64,000 nucleotides of DNA from Akkermansiaceae bacterium (GTDB taxonomy: Bacteria; Verrucomicrobiota; Verrucomicrobiia; Verrucomicrobiales; Akkermansiaceae): positions 22,859 to 86,858 of the forward strand of contig JAYTOE010000067.1 of NCBI GenBank assembly GCA_043747935.1, given 5' to 3'. Shown in pieces: positions 27,719 through 35,757 of the stretch. The notes under the pieces are model-generated. The model was not told where the DNA came from, made no database searches, and was given only the letters and a program-made list of their open reading frames with translations. The translations under genes and the position numbers were made by a program. Numbering within the stretch: position 1 is the first letter of the stretch; each line of letters starts with the position of its first letter.

Positions 27719-27778
27719 GGTGGGCTTGGTTTAGCTTAGGTGTTTTATTTGGAAAGAGTTTTTTGATCACGGGGATCA

Positions 27779-27820
27779 GAAAAAAGCCCCGCCCGATTCC
27801 GGAGAAGCGGGCGGGGCGGG
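27779..27820 (-). terminator. Intrinsic terminator after the 35-aa lipoprotein gene
   Basis: Minus strand GCCCCGCCCG...CGGGCGGGGC followed by a T tract. Confidence 0.85.
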
Positions 27821-27828
27821 AGCCGGAC

Positions 27829-27936
27829 TTACTTAGCTGGAGCTTGGTAAGCAGGAGCTGCAGGAGCGCTCGGGCAGCACGAAGCTGCGAAGAAGGCTGC
27901 GACAGTGGCAACGATGGCAAGTTTGATCATGTTCAT
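27829..27936 (-). CDS. 35-aa lipoprotein (not in the ORF track)
   Basis: MNMIKLAIVATVAAFFAAS-CCPSAPAAPAYQAPAK; clear lipobox, GCT/GCA/TTC/TAC-rich codons, A/C-rich leader, own promoter and terminator. Confidence 0.85.
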   Translation of the reverse strand: MNMIKLAIVATVAAFFAASCCPSAPAAPAYQAPAK

Positions 27937-27999
27937 ATCAGTTGTGTTGTTTGTTGGTTGCTGAAATCACCTGCCCGTCTTGGGCTGATGATGTGGGCG

Positions 28000-28027
28000 A
28001 GACTAGCGACAGCAGATGGGTCTGCAA
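28000..28027 (-). promoter_or_regulatory. Putative sigma70-type promoter of the 35-aa lipoprotein gene
   Basis: TTGCAG-N16-TAGTCT about 60 nt upstream of the ATG. Confidence 0.5.
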
Positions 28028-28059
28028 GGTAAAAGGTCGTTTTGCCTTGCCGAACAGCA

Positions 28060-29358
28060 TCACGCGGAGCGGGCGCTCCTGCTCCTGCCATTGCCGAAGC
28101 CGCCTCCACGACGGTTTCCACCGCCTCCACCTCCATTTTGCCCGCCCCTGCCGCCTTGCTTGACGGCGGGCGGTCGGAATCCGCGGATGTGCTTCTCGTT
28201 GAGCGCCTCGCTGTGCCATGGGTGGTCGGTAAGACGTGGAATGGCGTTCTTGATGGTCTTTTCGATTTCTCGCAGGAAATCGATTTCGTCCTCGGCGCAG
28301 AAAGAAACGGCCATGCCATCGGCTCCCGCCCGCCCGGTGCGCCCGATCCGGTGGACATAGGCTTCCGGTTCGTTCGGCAGATCGTAGTTCACGACGAGCC
28401 CGACATCCTTCACGTCCACGCCACGCGCGGCGACATCGGTGGCGACGAGGACGGGTACGAGTCCCTGTTTGAATCGGGCGAGCGCCTTCTCGCGCTGCGC
28501 CTGCGATTTGTTGCCGTGGATCGCCTCCGAGGCGTATCCGGCGGCGGAGAGCGCCTTGGCGATCTTGTTCGCGCCGTGCTTGGTGCGGTTGAAGACGATA
28601 GTGAGCTTCGAGGACTCCGCCTTCGCCTGCTTGTCGAGGAGCTGTTCCAGCAGATACATCTTGTTACCGCGATCCACGAAGCAGAGCCGCTGCTCGATGC
28701 GCTCGGCGGTCGTGACCTCCGGAGTGATGGAGACCCGCGCCGGATCACGCAGGATCGTTTTTGCGAGTTCCACGATGTTCGGGGCGAGCGTGGCGGAAAA
28801 GAACAGGGACTGCTTTTTCTGCGGGAGCATCGCGACAATGCGTTTCACATCGCGCAGGAAGCCCATGTCGAGCATGCGATCCACCTCATCGAGGACGAAA
28901 AACTCGACGGCCGTGAGATCAACGTGCCGTTGCTCGATCAGATCCAGGAGCCTCCCGGGGGTGGCGACGAGGACATCGACGCCGGCACGCATGGCTGAGA
29001 CCTGCGGGTTCTGGCCGACGCCGCCGTAGATGAGCGTCTGGCGGAAACGGATTTTTTGACCGTAGGTGGAGAAACTTTTCCCCACCTGGATCGCGAGTTC
29101 CCGTGTCGGCGCGAGGACGAGGCAGCGGCACTGCTTCGGGCGAAGGGTGCGTGGATCATTGTGGATCGCATTGAGGATGGGCAGCGCGAAGCTGGCGGTT
29201 TTTCCCGTTCCCGTCTGCGCGCAGCCGAGCAGATCGCGGCCTTCGAGAAGGAGCGGGATCGCCTGTGCCTGGACAGGGGAGGGAGTGGTGTATTCAAGTT
29301 CGTTGAGAACCTGTTTCAGGGGCGCGGCAAGAGCCATCGCTTCGAATGTAGCGGTCAT
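28060..29358 (-). CDS. DEAD-box RNA helicase (RhlE-like)
   Basis: AQTGTGKT, PTRELA, LDEVDRMLDMGF, FSAT, HGNKSQ, ARGVD, YVHRIGRTGRAG, Gly/Arg tail. Confidence 0.95.
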   Translation of the reverse strand: MTATFEAMALAAPLKQVLNELEYTTPSPVQAQAIPLLLEGRDLLGCAQTGTGKTASFALPILNAIHNDPRTLRPKQCRCLVLAPTRELAIQVGKSFSTYGQKIRFRQTLIYGGVGQNPQVSAMRAGVDVLVATPGRLLDLIEQRHVDLTAVEFFVLDEVDRMLDMGFLRDVKRIVAMLPQKKQSLFFSATLAPNIVELAKTILRDPARVSITPEVTTAERIEQRLCFVDRGNKMYLLEQLLDKQAKAESSKLTIVFNRTKHGANKIAKALSAAGYASEAIHGNKSQAQREKALARFKQGLVPVLVATDVAARGVDVKDVGLVVNYDLPNEPEAYVHRIGRTGRAGADGMAVSFCAEDEIDFLREIEKTIKNAIPRLTDHPWHSEALNEKHIRGFRPPAVKQGGRGGQNGGGGGGNRRGGGFGNGRSRSARSA

Positions 29359-29647
29359 GTGTTTTCAAATTCGCCAGACCGGCCGGGAATCGGCGTCTGG
29401 CGGTGTCGATGATTTGTGGGGTTGAACCTCTTGCAATCCCTCATCGAACGAAGACCGGAAAAAGCGTCGCCTGACGGCGCGGACGCGGCAAGCGGGGCGG
29501 GTGATACTCCGGATCGGACGAATGGCAAGATTTATGTGACAGGCTCATTGAACGAAAGGCGATGCTTGCCAACGCGGACTTCAGCAGCCAATTTGCGGTA
29601 GCGTTAGCCGCACACGCTATACCTTCCCCGAAAAAAAACAATCAGCC

Positions 29648-31039
29648 ATGGCAGAAATTACAGAAAACGAACTCTCTCCCGCCCTCAGGCCGCTCTGGCT
29701 AAAAGCCCTGAGCGCCGTCCAGATGAATAACCTAGAATATGCCGTAAGCCTCCTCCAAGCCGTGCTTAAGGACGAGCCCGCTTTTCTTGAGGGACGTATG
29801 ATTCTTCGCAAGTGCGAGATTCAGATCCATTCGAAAGTTGAGAAGAAAAAGAGCCTCTTTACCATGTCCGGCGGCGGCATGGGCATCATGAAACTGGCAA
29901 GCCAAGCAAAGAAGGATCCCGCAGGCACCCTTCCCCTGATCGAGAAAGAGTTGGAGAAAGATCCCGTCAACGACGCCGCCAACGAAGTCCTTTTCGACAC
30001 CGCCCTCAAGCTTGAGCTTTACGAGACGGCCGCCTACGCGCTGGAAACCATACGCAAATACAAACCCGAGAACGTCAAGCTGCTCCATAGGCTGGCCGAG
30101 CACTACCTTTCGCGTGAGCTGCCTTCCAAGGCGACGGAGGTTTATAACGATATCATCAAGCAGGCACCCACCGATTCTTCCGCGATCAAGGGTGCCAAGG
30201 ATGCCTCCGCCCGCGCTTCCATGAAGAAACAGCGGTGGGACGAGAACACCAGTATGCGCGACCTGATGCGGGACGCTGAAGGGAACGAGGAGCTTGAAAA
30301 AGCGGCTCGCTCCGGCCTCACCAACGAGCAGTTGCTGTCAAGGCGCGACAAAGTGATCGAGAAATACAACTCCGATCCGAACAACATCGCCACGGCAAAG
30401 GAACTCGGTGCGCTCTACGAGCAGCTCGAAGACTGGTCGAACGCCTATACCTTTTTCCATTGGGCGCACTCTCTCAGTAACGGAGACATCGCCCTCTCCA
30501 CAAAATCCGCTCAAATGCGCGATCGTGCATTGGAGGCCGAGCTCAAGGCGCTTGAAGCCGCCGTGGCCGCCGATGCGGATAACCTTGAACTTGCGGCGCA
30601 GCTCGCACAGAAGCGTTCCCTGCGGCTTGCCGAGCAGGTTGCCGAAGCGAGAGCCCGGGTTGACCAGAATCCGACGGATCCCCAGCTCCGCTTCGAACTC
30701 GGTTACGCCCTTTACCGCAGCGGCGACAATACCGCTGCCATCCCGCATCTCCAGCAGGCGACCCGCAATCCGCACATCCGCACCAAGGTGCTACTCCTCC
30801 TTGGTCGTACCTTCCGGGCGAAGAATATGTTCGACCTTGCCATCAAGCAGCTCAGTGACGCCCTCGCCGATCTCCATGCGATGGACGGCACCAAGAAGGA
30901 GGTCCTTTATGAAAAAGGGCTGATTCACCACGATATGGGCGACAAGGCTGCTGCATTGGACGCCTTCAAGCAAATCTACGAGGTTGATTATGGCTATCGC
31001 GATGTGGCGGAGCGTGTGGAATCTTCTTATTCGAATTAA
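29648..31039 (+). CDS. Tetratricopeptide repeat protein
   Basis: Repeated TPR-like helices (LRFELGYALY, KEVLYEKGLI); C-terminal DYGYRDVAERVE. Confidence 0.85.
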   Translation: MAEITENELSPALRPLWLKALSAVQMNNLEYAVSLLQAVLKDEPAFLEGRMILRKCEIQIHSKVEKKKSLFTMSGGGMGIMKLASQAKKDPAGTLPLIEKELEKDPVNDAANEVLFDTALKLELYETAAYALETIRKYKPENVKLLHRLAEHYLSRELPSKATEVYNDIIKQAPTDSSAIKGAKDASARASMKKQRWDENTSMRDLMRDAEGNEELEKAARSGLTNEQLLSRRDKVIEKYNSDPNNIATAKELGALYEQLEDWSNAYTFFHWAHSLSNGDIALSTKSAQMRDRALEAELKALEAAVAADADNLELAAQLAQKRSLRLAEQVAEARARVDQNPTDPQLRFELGYALYRSGDNTAAIPHLQQATRNPHIRTKVLLLLGRTFRAKNMFDLAIKQLSDALADLHAMDGTKKEVLYEKGLIHHDMGDKAAALDAFKQIYEVDYGYRDVAERVESSYSN

Positions 31040-31081
31040 TTTTTCCATTCCATGGGGGCGGATTCCCGCTAACTTGCGCCC

Positions 31082-32182
31082 ATGCACGACCCGCGAATCG
31101 ACGCCCTAGCCTCTCAACTTGTTGGATACTCCACCGCCCTGAAAAAAGGCGAGAAAGTCCTCATCGACCTCTACGATGTGCCGGACTCCATCGGTATCGC
31201 ACTGATACGCGAGACTCGGAAACGGAAGGCGTTTCCCTTCATCCGCATCCACCAGGCCCGCATCACCCGTGAGATGCTGAAGGGAGCCGAGGACGAGCAA
31301 TACCAGATCATCGCCAAACACCTGTTGGCCGAGATGAAGGACATGGACGCCTATATCGCGGTTCGTGGCAGCCACAATATCTCCGAAACATCGGATGTCT
31401 CCGCAGACTCCATGCAGCTCGCCATGAAAAAACTGCGCGGCGTGATGGATCACCGTGTGAAGAAAACGAAATGGTGTGTCCTGCGCTGGCCTACGCCCGC
31501 CATGGCGCAGCAGGCGAACATGAGCACCGAGGCCTTCGAGGATTTCTTCTTCAAGGTATGCCTGCTCGATTACAAGGCGCTCGCCCCCGCGATGAACGCC
31601 CTCGTCCGCCTTATGAACAAAACCGACCAGGTGCACATCACCGGGCCGGGCACCGACCTGAAGTTTTCCATCAAGGACATACCGGCCGTCGCATCCGGCG
31701 GAAACTACAACATTCCGGACGGCGAGGTGTTCACATCGCCCGTCAAGGATTCGGTTAACGGTGTCATCACCTACAACGCGCCGACGATTTACCAAGGCAT
31801 CGCCTTCGATGCGATCCGCCTCGAATTCAGCGAGGGGAAAATCACCAAGGCCGAGGCGGGCGCGAAGACGAAGGAAATCAACCGCATTCTCGATTCCGAT
31901 CCGGGCGCACGCTACATCGGCGAGTTCGCGCTGGGCTTTCATCCGCACATCCGCCAGCCGATGCGCGACATTCTTTTCGACGAGAAAATCGCAGGCTCCT
32001 TCCACTTCACACCCGGCCAGGCCTATGAGATCGCCGACAACGGCAACCGCTCGCAGGTTCACTGGGACATGGTCAGCATCCAGCGCAAGGACTACGGCGG
32101 CGGCGAGATCCGCTTTGATGGGAAACTGATCCGCAAGGACGGCGTCTTCCTGCCGAAGGAACTCGCGAAACTCAATTTCTGA
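31082..32182 (+). CDS. Aminopeptidase, M29 (AmpS/PepS) family
   Basis: [39 protein letters not shown]. Confidence 0.92.
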   Translation: MHDPRIDALASQLVGYSTALKKGEKVLIDLYDVPDSIGIALIRETRKRKAFPFIRIHQARITREMLKGAEDEQYQIIAKHLLAEMKDMDAYIAVRGSHNISETSDVSADSMQLAMKKLRGVMDHRVKKTKWCVLRWPTPAMAQQANMSTEAFEDFFFKVCLLDYKALAPAMNALVRLMNKTDQVHITGPGTDLKFSIKDIPAVASGGNYNIPDGEVFTSPVKDSVNGVITYNAPTIYQGIAFDAIRLEFSEGKITKAEAGAKTKEINRILDSDPGARYIGEFALGFHPHIRQPMRDILFDEKIAGSFHFTPGQAYEIADNGNRSQVHWDMVSIQRKDYGGGEIRFDGKLIRKDGVFLPKELAKLNF

Positions 32183-32185
32183 GGA

Positions 32186-32860
32186 TCATCCGTTCCTCCA
32201 TGCCTCGATCATCGCTTGCAGATCCGAGGGATGGGTCGTTTCCCTCATCACACACATACCATCCAAGGACGTTTCGCCGATCACCCGTCCGCCGCGCAGG
32301 CCGCCTCCGGCCAGTAAGCAGGTGAACGCCGCCGGATGATGTTCGCGTCCGCCGAAGGCGTTGAGTTTCGCGCTGCGCCCGAATTCTGTGGTCACTACCA
32401 TGAGTGTTTCCGAAAGGGTTCCGCGCGCTGCCAGATCATCCAGCAAACCGCTGAGCGTGCGGTCGAGCATCGCACATGGACGTGCGATCCTTGCGTGGAT
32501 GTCCGTATGTGTGTCCCAGCCGTCGATGATGATTTCCTCCGCAAATTGAAATGTGTCCCGCGCCGCGCCGTGGCTCCGTTGTTCGTGGCTCATCGAACGG
32601 ATCAGCGTGATCCTGTCCATCCGCCTTGCGAGCAGCGGCAGGTGCTCGCTGATATGAACGCCGTCCACATTCGTCGGAATCGTGCGGATGCCGGGCTTGG
32701 GATCGAAGGTGTCGATGTGACTCATCCCACCGGCCATAAAAAGGTGGATCACACGTTTCGTTTTCGCTGCCTTGTGCGTCTCGGCGGGCAACAAGCCAGC
32801 GCCGAGCGCCGAAGCCGCGGCAGTCGAGAGGAAACGGCGTCGTGTGATTTCTCCTGACAT
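32186..32860 (-). CDS. Shortened DUF1501-like protein with Tat signal (possibly a pseudogene)
   Basis: TRRRFL, HLFMAGGMSHIDTFDPKP, GWDTH, EFGRS, GGLRGGRVIG; 224 aa with the middle region missing. Confidence 0.75.
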   Translation of the reverse strand: MSGEITRRRFLSTAAASALGAGLLPAETHKAAKTKRVIHLFMAGGMSHIDTFDPKPGIRTIPTNVDGVHISEHLPLLARRMDRITLIRSMSHEQRSHGAARDTFQFAEEIIIDGWDTHTDIHARIARPCAMLDRTLSGLLDDLAARGTLSETLMVVTTEFGRSAKLNAFGGREHHPAAFTCLLAGGGLRGGRVIGETSLDGMCVMRETTHPSDLQAMIEAWRNG

Positions 32861-32864
32861 GCGA

Positions 32865-34412
32865 TCAGTCTGCCTTCAGGAAATCCAAAAGGGAAGCGGC
32901 GAACTTTTCGGAGATGCCGGGGATTTCCGCGATTTCCGCTGGCTTCGCTTTCCGCAGTCGCTTGATGGAGCCGAAGGCTTTCAGTAGCAGTGCTTTCTTG
33001 CGCGGCGACATGCCGGGGCAATCGTCGAGCTTGCTTTCCCTCATGCGGCGGCGGTAGAGCAGCTCGTTGTAACCGTTCGCGAAGCGGTGCGCCTCGTCGC
33101 GGATGCGCTGGAGGAGCTTGAGCGCGCCGCGGTCGTGGGGGATGAGCAGTGGCTCCGACTCGCCGGGAAAAAAAACCTCCTCCCGCTGTTTGGCCAGTCC
33201 GATGATGGGAAGCTCCTGCAAGCCGAGCGTCCTGAGTTGCTTGAACGCGCTGGAAAGCTGGCCTTTTCCTCCGTCCACGATGACGAGATCCGGCAGGATA
33301 ATTTTTGCTTTGCCCTCCTTCGCGAGACGACGCTGCGCCTCGATCAGCGGTTCCTGAGAGTGCTCCGTATCCTCGCTCAGGTTCTCCTTCAGGATTCGCG
33401 AGTAGCGGCGGAAAACGACCTCCGCCATCGACGCAAAATCGTCCTGCCCTTCCACCGTCCGTATCCGGTATTTTCGGTAATTCCCGTTGTCCGGCAGTCC
33501 GTCCGTAAAACGCACCATCGAGGCCACGATGTGGTTCGAGGAAACGTTGGAGATGTCGAAACACTCCATCACCCGCGGCGGGCCATTGAGTCCCAGCGCC
33601 TCTCCAAGATCCGCGAGATCCTCCTTCGGCTTCACGGTGGTGGGAACGCCCCGGCCGCGCGAAAACTGCCGGGTGGGGGATAGGGTTTTCCGCAGGTTGT
33701 CGAGGATGTCACGGAATGTCGCGGCCTTCTCAAAATCCAGAGCCTCGGCAGCCACCTGCATTTCCTCCCTCAGCTCGTCGAAAATGACCTTCCTGCCTTT
33801 GCCTTCCAGGATCAGGCAGGCGTCCTCCGCTTTCGCAAGGTAGTCCTCGCGGGAAATGCGTCCGATGCAGGGCGCGGAGCAGTTGCGGATGATATCGGCG
33901 TTGCAGTGGCGGTAATCGGCTTCGCCGGGGGTTGCCGGACGGCAGACACGAAGCCCAAGTCGGCGGTTCAGCCAATCCAGCGTGTCAAGAAGTGCGCTCG
34001 AATGCGGGAAGGGGCCGAAGTATCTCGCCCCGTCATCCTTCTTGGCCCGCACCGCGCTGAATTTCGGAAACGCATCGGTCATCTTTATCTTGGCGTGCAT
34101 GAAGCGCTTGTCGTCGCGGAAAGCCACGTTGTAGCGGGGGCGGTAGTCCTTGATCAGTTTGCCCTCCAGCAGCAGGGATTCCTCCTCATTACGCACCTCG
34201 TGAATCTCGAAGTCATGGATCGAATCCATCAGGGCGCGCGTCTTCAGGCTGGCTCGGGTTTTCCGCGCAGGCGTGAAGTAGGAGGACAGCCGCTTCTTCA
34301 GATCCAGCGCCTTACCCACGTAGATGATCGATCCGAGGCGGTCTTTCATCAGATACACGCCGGGCTTATGCGGCACGTCGCGGAGCTTGGTCTTGAGTTC
34401 TTGGGAAACCAT
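32865..34412 (-). CDS. uvrC: Excinuclease ABC subunit C
   Basis: GIY-YIG (PGVYLM...IYVGKA), UVR domain, CFDISN, DGGKGQ, RDEAHRFA, HhH. Confidence 0.97.
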   Translation of the reverse strand: MVSQELKTKLRDVPHKPGVYLMKDRLGSIIYVGKALDLKKRLSSYFTPARKTRASLKTRALMDSIHDFEIHEVRNEEESLLLEGKLIKDYRPRYNVAFRDDKRFMHAKIKMTDAFPKFSAVRAKKDDGARYFGPFPHSSALLDTLDWLNRRLGLRVCRPATPGEADYRHCNADIIRNCSAPCIGRISREDYLAKAEDACLILEGKGRKVIFDELREEMQVAAEALDFEKAATFRDILDNLRKTLSPTRQFSRGRGVPTTVKPKEDLADLGEALGLNGPPRVMECFDISNVSSNHIVASMVRFTDGLPDNGNYRKYRIRTVEGQDDFASMAEVVFRRYSRILKENLSEDTEHSQEPLIEAQRRLAKEGKAKIILPDLVIVDGGKGQLSSAFKQLRTLGLQELPIIGLAKQREEVFFPGESEPLLIPHDRGALKLLQRIRDEAHRFANGYNELLYRRRMRESKLDDCPGMSPRKKALLLKAFGSIKRLRKAKPAEIAEIPGISEKFAASLLDFLKAD

Positions 34413-34516
34413 TATCTTTGGGCGGGACGAAATCCTTGCCTAATTTGGAGCGGATTAGAAAGGTTGCAATGGTGCGGAATATGCTCTACCTGTCCGCCCG
34501 GACAAGCCCTACATAG

Positions 34517-35155
34517 ATGTTCTTAAAATCATTCATCCTACTACTCGCCGGTGCCACCGCTCTTCTGCTTTCAAGCTGCGCCATCAAGCCCGAACCCACT
34601 CTCTCCAAGTCGGACGAGAAATATGTGAACCCTTACGAGCCCGGCAGCTACGATCATTTCAAGGCGGAAAAGGATTACCCGAAGACCCACAATGTCTGGA
34701 AAAATATCCAACTGCTTCCGGAGACGAATTCCTCCAATGCATGGGTGAAGATCAGCCTGAAAGATCAGCGCGGCTTTCTCATGAACGGCGAAGAGGTGAT
34801 CATGGACTACCCGATCTGTTCCGGGATCAAGAGCCGACCCACTCCTCCGGGCGACTACAAGGTGCTGGAAAAAATCGTGGATAAGAGCTCGAACACCTAC
34901 GGAAAAATCTACGACGCAGAAGGCAGCATGATCAACGGTGACGCCGATGCCACCTCGGACACCATTCCCGAGGGCGGCAAGTTTGTCGGCGCACCGATGC
35001 GATACTGGATGCGCCTCACATGGGATGGGGTCGGCCATCACATCGGCCCCATCCGCCGTTATCCCGCCTCCCATGCCTGCATCCGCGGCCCAAGCGGCAC
35101 GATGCCTACCGTCTATTCGAAGATGGCCGTCGGCTCCCGCGTGCTCGTGGAGTGA
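34517..35155 (+). CDS. L,D-transpeptidase family (YkuD) lipoprotein
   Basis: Lipobox LSSC; PTPPG, MRYWMRL, catalytic HH...SHACIR. Confidence 0.9.
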   Translation: MFLKSFILLLAGATALLLSSCAIKPEPTLSKSDEKYVNPYEPGSYDHFKAEKDYPKTHNVWKNIQLLPETNSSNAWVKISLKDQRGFLMNGEEVIMDYPICSGIKSRPTPPGDYKVLEKIVDKSSNTYGKIYDAEGSMINGDADATSDTIPEGGKFVGAPMRYWMRLTWDGVGHHIGPIRRYPASHACIRGPSGTMPTVYSKMAVGSRVLVE

Positions 35156-35173
35156 GGCGATTTCTTACCAAGG

Positions 35174-35204
35174 AAAAAGCCCGGCGGAGGATCTCCGGCG
35201 GGCT
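35174..35204 (-). terminator. Intrinsic terminator between convergent genes
   Basis: Minus strand AGCCCGCCGGAGATCCTCCGCCGGGCTTTTT. Confidence 0.75.
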
Positions 35205-35237
35205 CTCGTGTGATTGGAAACGGAGTTCAGGTGAAAA

Positions 35238-35654
35238 TCACTCGTCCTCTTCCTCCATGAACTTGTCGTGGCCTGTCTTCTTCATGTCGCGCATGGCCTC
35301 GACGATCTCCTTCACCTTCGCGGTGTCATTGCTCAGGAACGCGAGTTCCAGGTCGGCGAGGGTGGAGATGAGGGAGCCCATCATCTTGCGGTATTCGGCG
35401 GAGGCCTTCGCCTTTTCGGGGCCGTCGGGCATGTCCTTGACCAATGCGGGCAGTTCCACGATGCCCTTCACAATCGCGTCCTGCGCCTCACGGGCAAGGG
35501 CGGCACCCTTGGCGGGATCGGTCTCGCGGCGCATCGCCTTGTAGGCGTCGTACATGGCTTCCATCTGTTTGCCGAGCGGGGTGTCATCGCCATCAGCCAA
35601 GCACGGTTGGACGAACATCAGTGTCGCGGCGAAGCCGCAAAGGATCAATTTCAT
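35238..35654 (-). CDS. Cytochrome b562-family protein
   Basis: Signal peptide; helical mature domain with an N-terminal Met (KQMEAM) and C-terminal GHDKF His as likely heme ligands. Confidence 0.75.
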   Translation of the reverse strand: MKLILCGFAATLMFVQPCLADGDDTPLGKQMEAMYDAYKAMRRETDPAKGAALAREAQDAIVKGIVELPALVKDMPDGPEKAKASAEYRKMMGSLISTLADLELAFLSNDTAKVKEIVEAMRDMKKTGHDKFMEEEDE

Positions 35655-35757
35655 GGTGGCCATATTACGCATCCATCACCCCGTTTCTTCCAAGGCAAAA
35701 AATCCGATTCCGCTTTTGCGGAATAAACCTGCAAGTATGCGCAGCTCAGTCTAAACG

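Noticed and set aside
34413-34516. LexA box upstream of uvrC
   Set aside because: No TGTTC-N4-GAACA-like match in the intergenic region
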